Origin: Thelocarpon superellum
Taxonomy: Eukaryota
Assembly: GCA_026025795.1 (NCBI GenBank)
Contig: JAPEUG010000015.1
Coordinates: 1 to 64,000, forward strand
DNA length: 64,000 nt
Direction of reading: 5' to 3'
Below the pieces are notes generated by a model, which saw only the letters and a list, made by a program, of their open reading frames with translations, had not been told where the DNA came from and ran no database searches. Each line of letters starts with the position of its first letter. Position 1 is the stretch's first letter. The position numbers were made by a program, and so were the translations under genes. Shown piece after piece: positions 49,717 through 62,157 of this stretch.

Positions 49717-52540
49717 ATGCATGCCATGCGCCAGTCATGTCGGCCCAAGCACCAGGCGCTCGTGCTGAAATGCTATCCCCGCTTCCAGAAGAATGCGGTC
49801 GACGTCAAGCCCAACTCGAGCGAGCTCAGCTATCTGCTGTACTATGTCAGCACCCGCCGGACCAAGGTCCAAAAGGTCGGCGCCTTCATGGAGCGCACAA
49901 CGGCCTCCGATGTGTGGCGCGGTCGGCTGGGGTCCGTTCGCTGTGCTCCTTCTGCCTGGCTCCTCGCTGACGGCGTTCGTGTGGTACAGCAACGTCCAGG
50001 TCACCTGCCAGATCCTCAAGGCCCTGATCGAAAAGTCCACGCGCGATCTTCCTCTCTTCGCCCTCTCCGTCCTGAAGATCCTCGACATCATCTTACGGTC
50101 CAAGGATCTGACCATGGTCGAATACTCGATCCCGACCTTCCAGACCTTCTGCGCCCATCATGACGGGGCCCTCCTGGCCGGCGATCAAGCCTTCCTCAGC
50201 CACTACCAAGATATCGTCCGAACGTACGCGAGCTTCGCCAGTGATCCCGCCACGCAGTCCAAAGCCCCCATCAGCCCACCCGTTGCGCTGCGATGGCGGG
50301 GCATCGGGCTGCAGGCCATCCAGAGCATCGCCTCTTCCGACGCCCTTGGGACAGACGGCGGACGGCAATTGAGGGTCATCCTGCCCGTTATCCTCCAAAA
50401 CCTAGATTCGGATGAAGACGACCACCTACAAACCCTACAACAGCTCGCCCAACTTCGACAACGAGAACAAGCCGAAGGCGAGAAGGTGCTGAAGCGAAGG
50501 ACGAGTATCGCCACGGCTCAGACGGCGGACACCAGCGAGGCAAGGCCCACCGCCGCCTCCACCACGACCGCGGATGCCGATAAGATTGCCGAGGAGGATA
50601 TTGGCGTCGTGGCATTGGCCAGCTTGAAGCAGATCTTCCTCGCCAACAGCAGGCTCCAGATCCGCATGGCAACTGCTGTGACTCTGGACTTCATCAGCCG
50701 CCGCACCAGCACCACCAGCAATGCGCTTCCCTACGTCAGAGCGAGCGCCGAGTCATCTGGAGGATGGTCCACGACCTTGATCGAGATGGTGGCGCAGTGG
50801 GCCGCGGTACAGGATCGATACGTCATCCTCGTCACGGCGATGGAAACGCTGGTAAGAAGCCCGGTGGTGGAGGGCGCGTTGGAACAACAGTTGGTATTGG
50901 CCTCGTTGATTGGATGGCTCCTCAGCTCCAACGTCAATCTGATCGGGCTGAGCGTGATGGATGTCCTCGTCGGCTTGGTCCAGCACATCATGCTCCTACT
51001 TCAACTGGGAGGAAAGGGCTCGAGCATCCAGCCCCATCCCCAACAAACTCAGGCCATCGGCACCGAGCACTTCTCCAAGGAAGTCTCCCGACATGCGTCG
51101 TCCGCCTCGAATGCCTCAAAGAAGATAGCGACCGAGACCGTGGCGACGCCATCCACGCAACGACTTGAGCTTTTGTCGCGACTTCAAAAGTGCATCGGCG
51201 ATTTAGCCACGCATATCTACTATTCGGATCAGATATCCGACATGACGTCGGCGATCTTGTTGCGGCTGAAGCCATCTCTGACGTCTGGTGTGGGCACCGC
51301 CGCTGGGGCGATCGAGAACCCTGTCGCCGCCGCGCGAGCCATCTCCACGTCGGCCAATCTGCACGAGAGCACCGATACTGACGCCTTCTTTTCCTTCGAC
51401 ACCGCACGCGTGATTGCCTTGCAAGCGATCAAAGAAGTCCTGACGGTAGCCAACATGCGAGCCTCGAGCTCGGGAAATGTGACGGTGGGCCGAAACCGCG
51501 TCGGGTTTCATGTGTGGGAAGGAACTCAGTGGCTCCTACGTGACCCCGATCCCCGGGTGCGAAAGGCGTATGTGGATGCCATTCTGACCTGGCTCAAGCT
51601 CGAAGTGAGCAAGGATGATCTGCAGCGGCTGGAAGAGCATCAGTCGCAGCCCAATCCCTCGCACCCCCGAGAACAAGACGACCTCTCCGGGGCCAATCTC
51701 ACTCGACGAGCGGCCTCCAATGCTACCAAGGCCGAGCGATCGAGACCGGCCAGATCGACCTTCTTGCAGCTTCTACACCTGGCCGTATACGAAAGTGCGT
51801 TGCAGCATGCCGAGTCCGACACGGAGACGGTGCTCTTGCACATTCTTCTTGCTCATCTAGTCACCAAATTGGGCGTGAATGCGGTTACGAGCGGGCTTCC
51901 GATGATCATGCGCTTGCAAGAGGAAATTCCCGAGGTGGAGACTCCCACTGCGAAGGTGCGCATCGGCAGCTTAGTGCACGGCTATTTCTGGCTTCTCAGC
52001 GACAAATTCGACTTTGACGTCTCCTCGGTCGGATCCGAGATTCACAGAGAGATCGTGCGACGAAAGAGCAGAGGCATGTGGACCGAACAGGTCCAGGTCC
52101 CTCCAGGCAAGCTGGATGTCATCCTGTCGACCACCTCTCCACCCAAGGAAGAGACGCTTCCTATCGACGCCATCTCATCGGAGGCACTCCGGCCCTTTGA
52201 TCGGCGGGAGGCGATGGTGGACCGGATCGCATTTGCATACACCGCCTCTCTCGAGTCGCCGCCCGGGAGCCCGCCGAGCTCTCCCGGACGAAAGTATTCG
52301 ATGGCCAGTTTCAACGGGCCTTCAGGGAACCTGCGAGGACGACCGCAAATGCCCGTTCGAGTCAAGGAACAGATGTTGTCGGAGTGGAGCCGGGAAGCCA
52401 TTGTGGCCGCCTGCGACAATGACACCAGTCAGGCGGCATCTCTGAATGGGTCACGTACGGGCACGACTCGATCCCACTTCCTGACGGTCAATGCGGCGAA
52501 TGGGGGCACAAATGGCAACGGTTCCCAGACCACACCTACC

Positions 52541-52572
<32 letters not shown>

Positions 52573-53449
52573 CCACCACCACAGCCGCCCGCCGTCGGTG
52601 AACGTGTACGGGAACGGAGCAGGAGCGGGACTGGGCGCGATACAGAAAAAACGGCAAGGCAGTCTTCGCGACGGCTCGCCCACATTCATGACCAGTTCGA
52701 GTCGCAGCTCGACCGTGCGAGTGTCGGAGCTCAAACGAGTACTCTCGGGCCAAGTCGGAATTCGGGGATTCACACGTGGACGCGACACGGAACCTCACAG
52801 TCCCTCCACCAGCACGGAGAGCATGGTCACGGCGGAAGGATCGTTGGCAGAGAGCACCCTGACCGAGTCTCAACATGCATCCGACGGCCCGAATGTTACC
52901 AACGGTGCACGCCAGTCGTTCCATGCGCGACCTCGTTCTTCAGATCGGAGCAATACCGACGACACGATCCGACCTGGCGACTTCACGCAGGATTCGACCT
53001 CCCTTGCTCTCGGGAGTCACGCTCCCGTCCTCCCGCCTGTTCCTTCACTTCCGCCGACTCTATCCATCTCCACGCCACCTGCTCCATCACCTCGGACAGT
53101 ACTCACGCAACCACCATCGCCCTTGGAAGCCCGGGCACCTGGGCGAACCGCGTCGACCAGGACGTCCGACGGTGCAAAGAAGAGCCGCACCTCTCTTTCA
53201 TACCGGCCCATGAGTCGCGACCAGAACAACGGCGTCGGCGTCGGCGCATTTCGGTACAGCGAGGTAGTCAACGCCGATGGCGGAATCGGAGGTGGAGTGG
53301 GCGGCGGGGCCAAAGTCGATCTCAAGAGTCTCCTTGGCGGGATCGGCGCGGACGAAGGGGAGCTCAACACGAGCGGCCGCGGGACAGGCGCAGAAGTGGA
53401 GGCAGGCGGGGACACGCCAGGCGGAGGCGTGGGCAAACCGCCTTATTGA
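49717..53449 (+). CDS. EFR3: Plasma-membrane PI4-kinase scaffold Efr3, spliced
   Basis: RPKHQALVLKCYP..KPNSSELSYLLYYVSTRR.K..KVG; NLIGLSVMDVL; LATHIYYSDQI.DM; C-terminal PPY. Confidence 0.92.
52541..52582. repeat. (CAT)10(CAC)4 encoding a His14 tract in Efr3
   Basis: Read directly. Confidence 0.92.
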
Positions 53450-54610
53450 AGCTACTCATTCCCTCCATTCCTCTCGCCCTTACTCATTCCGGCGTTGCTC
53501 CGTGCTCTTGGGGCCTAAAAGTGGGTTCATCCGTAATTGCTCTTGTATTATCTGACCGGAGACGGAACCACCTGAGGGAAGAGTCGGAGGGGACGAAGAT
53601 GAGTAGAGGATGGGAGGAGAGAGCGGGTATTGTTCGCTGTTACTGATATCGCGCGGGCGCGGACACGGGCATGTGCTTGCTTGGTTGCTTGTATGGGAGG
53701 GAAAGGGAGGGAAGGGGGGTTTTCTTTCCTCCTGGATTGCTTCCTCCTTTGTTTGTGGTATGTTATATTCTATAGGAAGTGGGATGTAGTATATCTCCAT
53801 GTATGTATATATGTATACATGCATACATGCATGCATATACACACTCGAATATGCCCATGCACGTGCATCTGCATCTAGGATATCCGTCACAGGATCAGGT
53901 TTAGTACTGTTCATCAGCCATGGTAGGCGTGTACCTTGGTATGTCCAGCAACTTGAAAGCAGGGGCCGTGGTGTTTGTGTGTTTATGTTCATTGAGTCTG
54001 AGTCTTTAAAAAGGTGGTCGCCTTGAATCGGGACACATCAATCATTCAATCGACCATCGACGATCGCATCAGGGGCTCCAGGCTTGAGAAAAGACTCCTG
54101 AATGGGAGAGAAAGAAGGCGGGACTGTCCAAATTCTGCACACCCATCATCATCATCATCATCACAACTTGGCGGAAGAGAGCAGACAAGGGCATCACGAT
54201 ACGCATGCCATATCTCCAGGTAGGATTTGGGATTGTTGACAGTCAAGAGATCGAGGCATGAGGTTTCGGGACGGAAGGGTTGAAGGAATGCAGGGCTACG
54301 GCGCTGTTGTTTGTTTCTCCCTCTGTCCTGGTATCTCAGGTCACCGTCTTGGATCACAGGCGAGAAGCATGAGAATGGGACGGGGAAGAGGGACGTGGAG
54401 GACAAAGTCACGAGATGAGAATCCAGACTCCGGGTGAATCATGATTGCATTTGTCTGGTAAAACACACGTCTAAGTCGAAATACCAGCCACGAATCATTG
54501 CCAGCACGAAGATCTCCGTCCCGATCTAGCGCACAGCAAGAGCCTCTTCTCGGTCCTACATGTCCACTTCATTCATCTTGCAGTGGTGCCATCGTGCCCG
54601 ATTGCACCCC

Positions 54611-56876
54611 CTACTTCTTGCCCGTGGCCTTGGTAGCGGCTGTAAACCGATCAGTCTCCATTGCACAATTGGTTCCTGGAAACTTGGACCAACCTTTCGT
54701 TACTTTTCCGGCCTTGTCTACCTTCGCCACTGATCTATCGCAGAGGTCAGTATGTATAGCATCGTATAGAGGCTGGAGGGAGGTTACTTGATGACGCCGA
54801 CAGCAACCTGGAAGAAATATCAGCATCCTGCCAGAGCGGAAAGAGGGAGTTGGTGACAACTAACCGTCTGGCGCATGTCACGGACGGCGAAACGACCGAG
54901 AGGAGGATACTCAGTAAAGGCCTCAACGCACATGGGCTTGGACGGCACCCTTATTTCACCCTTCGTCAGTCGTCGTCCACATCGACGAAAAGGAAAGCTT
55001 ACATCTTGACGATGGCAGCGTCACCGCTCTTGATGAACTTGGGAGAGTCTTCAATGGACTTTCCAGTGCGGCGATCGATCTTCTCGAGGAGCTCGGAGAA
55101 CTTGCAAGCAATGTGGGCGGTATGACAATCCAAGACGGGCGCGTATCCGGCACCGACCTGGCCAGGGTGATTGAGCACGATGACCTGGGCGTTGAAAGAC
55201 TCGGCACCCTTGGGAGGGTCGTTCTTGGAGTCACCGGCGACGTTGCCCCGACGGATCTCCTTGACCGACACGTTCTTGACGTTGAAGCCGACGTTGTCAC
55301 CCGGTAGACCCTCGGTCAGCTGCTCGTGGTGCATCTCGACGGACTTGACTTCAGTGGTGACGGCAGCCGGGGCAAAGGTAACGACTGCAGAAGGTGTGAG
55401 AAAATTACGCGGCAACGTCGAGCGAGGACGACTTACCCATGCCGGCCTTGATGACGCCGGTCTCGACACGACCCACGGGCACTGTCCCAATACCGCCAAT
55501 CTTGTAGACGTCCTGGAGAGGCAGACGGAGGGGCTTGTCGGTGGGACGAGAAGGGGGATCGATGGCATCGATGGCCTCGAGGAGGGTCTTGCCGGTGGAC
55601 TTGGTTTTGGTCTCCTTCTCCCAGCCCTTGTACCACGGGCAGTTGGAGGAGACGTCGATCATGTTGTCACCATTGAAACCCGAGATGGGCACAAAGGGGA
55701 CGGTCTTGGGGTTGTAGCCCACTTTCTTGATGAAGTTGGACGTCTCCTTGACAATTTCGTGGTAGCGCGCCTCGGACCACTTGGTCGTGTCCATCTTGTT
55801 GATGGCGACGATGAGCTGCCGCACGCCCAGGGTGAAGGCGAGAAGCGCGTGCTCGCGCGTCTGTCCATCCTTGGAGATACCGGCTTCAAACTCACCCGTA
55901 CCGGCGGCGATGATGAGAATAGCGCAATCGGCCTGGGAGGTACCCGTGATCATGTTCTTGATGAAGTCACGATGGCCGGGAGCATCTGCGGATGCGGTCA
56001 GTCGTCATGCGACTCGACAACACGAGGGAGGCGCCATACCGATGACGGTGACGTAGTACTTGGGGGTCTCGAACTTCCAGAGCGCAATGTCGATGGTGAT
56101 ACCTCGCTCGCGCTCGGCCTTCAGCTTGTCGAGCACCCACGCATACTTGAAGGACCCCTTGCCCAGCTCGGCGGCTTCCTGCAAAAATTGTCAGCGCTCT
56201 TGGCCATGGTCGTTGAACGGCAGCAGTCGCAGTGTGCCCTGCGCCATGCGATTGGTGGCGCGAGCATGCAGATGTCACAGAGAGGGGCGAAACAAGCGAG
56301 CGCGGAAATCCGCTTAGCGTGATCGTGGCCAGATTGCCCCACCAACATCGCGAGCGGGGCAAGAGCAAAAGCGACACAGGTTCCCGCCACAACTGAAGCG
56401 CAATCCACCAGAATCGGACAAAGGATCGCTATCGTCACGTACCTTCTCGAACTTCTCGATGGCTGGAGAGGTGCATCAGTAAGAGGTTCGATAAGTCGCG
56501 CGGTCGGATCAGATACATACTACGCTTGTCGATTCCACCGCACTGTTTCCTGTCAGCCAAAGTAGTCTCTTGGTCATCGCAGAGCATACCTTGTAGATCA
56601 GATGGCCAGTGGTCGTCGACTTTCCAGAGTCGACGTGGCTACACGAAAAGATTCAGTCGCCGTGTCGCCGTGTTATCTAACCGGAATCACGTACCCGATA
56701 ACGACCACGTTGATGTGAGTCTTCTCCTTACTATCGAGAGACGCCAGTCAGCAAAACGGTCGCAAGGAATGAAACTCTAGCACAAGCGATCAAGAGATAT
56801 CGATGCGGAGGCCAGGCGAGGGTGCGACGAGGAGAAGGCGATCAAATCGTCTCGAATAGGTCGTGACTCACCCCAT
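54611..56876 (-). CDS. TEF1: Translation elongation factor 1-alpha, 12 exons
   Basis: Spliced [82 protein letters not shown]. Confidence 0.98.
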
Positions 56877-57481
56877 GGTGACGAGATGAAGAGATCAGTG
56901 AGGTTGAAAGTGGTGAAACGGTGTTGGTGGGACGAAGGATAGCGAAAGGTTGGTCAGAAAGTACGACAGATGCGTAAAGGTCTTGTCGCCGCGTCAGTGG
57001 GACGTTCCAGTGGGCCAAACGTAGGGTGGGGGGTAGACTTACATGACCGGACGAGGTTGACAAAAGATTGTGCGAGACTGCCTTCTTATGCGCCACACCT
57101 CTCCACAGCAACGGGCCCCGTCGGGCTCGCTCCACCCGTACGACTGAGTAGAATTTTCTGCAGTAGGAAGTGAATTAGGCAGCGAGCCAATGATAACCGG
57201 CTGGGAGAGCCGCTAAGCCCGATGCCCCACCATCCTACGTCTCGCCCAACGATCGCCGTCACGGTGGTCACTCCTCGACCCGAGCCCTAATCTCATCCTG
57301 CAGATGATACAGCAACGTGGTCGCGGATCAGCGGAACCCGTCCCTGCCGCATGGAGGCGTTTGAAAAGCAGTTCGATGGTCGGTGGAGGAGCATACAGGA
57401 GCGTCGGGCGGGTCTAAGAGGCAAGGTGACTACGGAGGTACAATGTACACAGGAACATCATCGGCACCGCGACCATGTCGA

Positions 57482-60393
57482 TCACTCCATATCCTGGGCT
57501 GGTGCAGGCGTCGCACCCAGCACCCATCCAATGCCCGACGCCAAACCGCCAGTCACAATGTTGCTAACCACATCCCTCTTCCTCACCCTTCCTTCCTCGT
57601 TCAATTCACGACCCACAGCATCCTCGCCTCCGCCCGATCCTGAACCTCGAGAGGTGCCTCCACTACCGGCCGAACGCAGAGGAAAAGCGGTCTTGCTCAG
57701 AGCAGCAGCTGCGCCACGGGCAACGTCGAAGAGTCCAACGGGAGCCTCGTCTCCCGTCCCTCGGCCGCTCGCATCCCTTCTAACCTTTGTCGCCGGTGCG
57801 CTCATGAATTGACCGGGGATCTTCTGATCGCCTTGATCGTCCCATTGTTCTTCCGCTTCCGTCTCCTGCGCCAGCAGCGCATTCAGCTCCTCCTCACAAC
57901 GACGCCATACCCCCAGAATCTCTGGGAGGGCCGCGGCGGGAGCGACGAGAAGAGCTTGCGCGAGCAACTCCATGCGCATCTCTTGGATCCGCAAATCCGC
58001 ATTGGCCGTTTTCGTGAGAGAGGTAGATGACCTTTGCAGCAGCTTCATCGGGCGATATCGGCCGGCCTGGAAGGCGGCTCGCCAGGAGGTGGTGTCGTCG
58101 TGATCTGTTGACGCGTCTTCGATGGCGGAGAGATCGGACGTTTGCTGCATGCCTTGTGCGATCCGGTTCATGACGTAAGAATAGGCGGTATCAAAGTCGT
58201 CCTCCGTCAACGCGGCTTCGATGGCCATTCCAGTGATCCGGCTCTGTGTGCGAGCGACGAGTCTCTCCTGCTCGGCGGGAGTGATGTCTCTAAATCCTCC
58301 ATCCTGTTTCGGATTCAAGAGGCCAGCATCGAGAAAATTCCTCCCGATCAGGAGTAAATCATCGAGCTTTGAGTAGCTCCGCGCGTTCTGTTCCAGAACC
58401 TTTCCTAACAAGGCAATGGGATCTTGGTGAACCCTGATATTTACCGGTTGAAACGGGAGGCCGTGTGACAGCGTCAAGGAGTAGAAAGAGAGGGCGTGTG
58501 TGGCCTCGAGCAGTTTCTCGACGCGGTGGAGAGGGGCGGAGGACTCGAACTCGCCTCGAAAGGCGTTTACGCTAAGAGAAGGTATCAGCATAAATGTCAG
58601 TGAAAACCTGTGGAAAAGAGGGCCGTACATTTCAGAGGCTTTCTTCATCCCGCCTCGAGTTCGATTCCCGTTACTGGCCTGGTCATAAAAGGCCAAGGTC
58701 GTCTCAAGTACGGCCTTCTCCACCTCGTCTCTGCTCAGCAACGAGGCTTTATGCGGAGTGTGGAGATGAGTCTGAATCGCGAGATCGTACCCTGAACGAG
58801 GAACAAATGCGGGAGTCAGCGGCAGCCCAAAGCGATGGCACAGAGGGGATACAAACGGGCATTATCCAGCAGGGCTTTGAGGAATTCTCTCTCTATTGTC
58901 GATCGAGACAACTTGAAAAAGACCCCAATGCTATGAGCCGCACCCTCTCCAGGTGATCTCATGTCGGTACCCCACTTCCACATCCAGACGATCTCCTCGT
59001 GCAGGCGGAGCCAATCTTGATCGGATTGTTTGGACCGGTGCAAGCTGTTGTGGAGGACCCTCTGAAGCTCCCTACGCTGGGATTCTCCATTAGCGAAGAG
59101 GGAGAGTGTCACAATGCCTTGGATGCTGATCTTGTGGCCCAGGCGCGTCAGAAGATATGCCGAGAGAAGTACACGGTGTAGGTAGTCAATTGACGACTTG
59201 CTGGGCGTGGTGAGAGGATTCTGAGGGCGAGTAAGGAGATTCGGCAGGAGAGACGCCATGGACGCTTCGGTCATTGTACTCCGGAGTATCTCGGTATTGG
59301 GCAAGAAAGATGCGGATCGAGAGAGCTCCGCAGGAGGTTCAATGTCGAGCATCGTGGCAACTCGGGCGAGAATTGAGCACGCGCCGGTGAATGTTTCGAT
59401 GGTATCGTCTGTTGTGAGATAGATGGCTCCGAGTGCAGCCCTCAGAAATGCGAGCCTAGGCCCCGCTTCTTCGACTCCTTCGTATACCACGCCTTCGGCA
59501 CCATAACCACCAAGGTCCACATCTCCCGGCCCATCCCATTGTTCCACCGCTTTCACTGCGAGGGGAAAGTTTGTGGAGCCGTTGGCCAGAACCCAGTCGG
59601 AAACGTCTGACCAGCCCCGGCCTCCAAGTGCCTCGCTTGACTCCACCCCCGAATTGATAGCAACTGGGAATTCGGGGTTTGAAGACGGTTCGGAATCCTG
59701 AGGCCAGGAAGTGCTCCCAGACGCCTTGTACATCCAAGGGCCCACCAAGCCCCGCAGATCTCGGCCAACACGATCATCTCCAGTACGAGACAGAAGGAGA
59801 TCCACTCCCGAAAGACCGTCCAACGCTCGGAACTCAAGCAAAGACATGTTCCCTCCTTGGCCTGGATAAAATTCGTAGTCAAGTCGGAGAAGGGGCAACA
59901 GGTTGGATATGAACCAGTTTCGGAGGGCTTCGGACTGGTCGAGGAAGGGGACAATGAGCTCGGGCAGGAGGGTCAAGACTCCAGTCTGCATGTCGATTCG
60001 ATGGGCCCGGTGGATCAGGAAGAGGGTCAAGGGATCAGTGGTCTTCTCTGACAGCGCGGGCGAGTACAGGAGCGGAAGGAGGTGTAAGGAGCGTACTCGG
60101 AGGCGCGCTTCGTCCTCGGTGATGTCTTCCACGGCAGTATCTTTGATCTCGAATAACGCAGCTTCGCCATCTTCGGGGAAGCCCTTGACCAGCTCTTGCA
60201 GAAAACGTGTATAGGTGTTCGGGCTCGTGCTCTCTGGGAGGGCCGTCAGGAGCATGCGCAGGACCAGATCCAAGTAAAGGGTGCGCGGGTGGACACGAAT
60301 CAGGCTCCGCAGGCCAGCCAGGTTATTGTCGACAATGAGCTCAATAGCTAGAAGTATGACCTTGGCCCTCGACATGCCGACCGCGTGAGCCAT
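57482..60393 (-). CDS. SEC39: Dsl1-complex subunit Sec39, spliced
   Basis: LLTALPES, FLIHRAHRID..TG, RDLRGLVGPWMY, FYDQASNGNRTRGGMKKA, ATHALSFYSL, DDFDTAYSY, GGLASGIGWVLGA. Confidence 0.88.
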
Positions 60394-60819
60394 GTTGAAG
60401 ACAGCTTGGCCGGGCTAATCCAAGCGATCAGCCGTTCGTGTACGGGGAAGCTGTCCTGTTCTTTGGACCTCTCGAATGCTGACGTAAGCATCATGGATCA
60501 GTGTATCGACTCCCCGTGCGAATCCCGTGCATGCTCGAAGACCCCGGGCGGAATGCTCGCATTATAGTCGTCCTACGAGGGTGATCAAGACTCGACTGAC
60601 GTATACTGCTCAATATATAACAGTCGCCGTGAAGGACGGTTTCCGATGAGCATGACTTCATCCCAGGCTACGCCACGCCAACCTAACTGGTACCTGCGAC
60701 CCTGCGCAGGGTGATCCGTTCGTCCTGTGGCATCGGCTTGTGCGGCCGCAGATGAAGAATGTAGGTGGTAGGGACTTGGGAAGATCCTCCAGGTGACGTC
60801 TATTGTTTCTAGCACATAC

Positions 60820-61262
60820 TCATCGCGACCCTAAGACGTCTCGCGTTTCCTCTTCACCACCAATCAAGCCCAATTTTCGTATGCTCCCCGGTTTCGGCGC
60901 GTTTTCTCTCGGATGGGCTGCTTCCGCCTTCCGAATTGCTTGTTGCAGAGCCATTGTCCTCGCAGCCTGCACATTGAGCCAGCTGGTCAGTGGCTGGGTT
61001 GGCGGACAGTTCACTCCAGGAGCACGCACCTCCTTCTTGTGATGTAAGCACTCGTAGTAATCCTCTAACGCCGGGTGGCATTTCGTCTTGCCCGAGTCAT
61101 CATCGCTCGTGGTGTTGACAACATAGCAGGCCAGTAGCTCTTGCCAAAAGGGAAAACACCGGGAGACTCCTGTGCAATGGCGGAAGTCAGCGTGTCCGCC
61201 CAATGGCCATGCTCGGGAAGAGTTGTCCTCGTACCTCCATTGAGTCCGTATCCCGACGCCAT
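60820..61262 (-). CDS. Complex I accessory subunit NDUFS5-like, spliced
   Basis: MASGYGLNGG|..RCFPFWQELLACY...C...LEDYYECLHHKKE; twin CX9C. Confidence 0.9.
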
Positions 61263-62157
61263 CGCTCAAAGCTGAGACCTCGGAACGTTCCTTACGGCCC
61301 GGTGTTTGTGGGAGGAGATATTGTTCCAAGGTCGTACCTCAACAGGCACCGCTCAACGCAACCCAAGCAACAAGAACATCGGCTTCAAGCGGAAGTCATT
61401 CACGTGATGATAGATTGATGAGTCAGCGGGCTTCGAGCGCGCCATTGGATCGCACCAGGAATTTGATCACGCATCTCAATGACCGCTGAAACCCTACCCT
61501 TCAGAAAGCTACGGCTGATTCTTACGTTGAGATGCATCGAAGCAGATAGATTACGAATACGCAAGGTGCAACACCATGCGTGAATCTATCCGACTGCGGC
61601 ATGCTTGAAGCTGCCAGTCGTGACTAGCGTGGTGCCCTGGGGCCTTCGGACGGTCAACGTAGTTAGTCGGATGGTTGTTGTCCCGTCCCCGGACGGTTTC
61701 TGTCCTGCGAAAAGCGGCAGCAAGTCTCCCCGGCTCCGAGCAGGCGGCAGCAACCACATACCGTGCACATCGCTCACAACACCACCCGCCTTCTACGGCC
61801 GAAGGCTCCCTCCTAGTAGGCCACATTGGTCGGAATCGGCGAAAAGCTGCGGCCCGGAGTCTCGGATGGATATCCTCCCCATGAGGACCCTGCGTCTCAT
61901 GGCGTCTCGCGACAGCTCGTGTCGTGGCTTGCGTCATCTGCCTGGTTTCAGTGAGAGAGAAGTCTCCCGCCGGATGACACATTATCTCCTATGACCTTGT
62001 GCAACGACGCCATCACGTTTGTTGGAAGCTATATCTATATAATTCAGCTCATTGCGCTTTGCTGTATGTTACGTGATTCTCATTAGAAGCTTCGAAAGAA
62101 TTATACGTCACGTCTCCAAAGCCCCGTGATCCCCCGCCCAGTGGTGGGCTACCCATC

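Noticed and set aside
53795..53880. Self-complementary AT/GT-alternating stretch
   Set aside because: Low-complexity purine-pyrimidine repeat between convergent 3' ends, with no terminal repeats or target-site duplication.
55171..56322. Long antisense or alternative-frame ORFs (also 36577-37569, 25348-26352, 23339-24127, 31839-32522)
   Set aside because: They are shadows of GC3-biased real genes and show no protein motifs.
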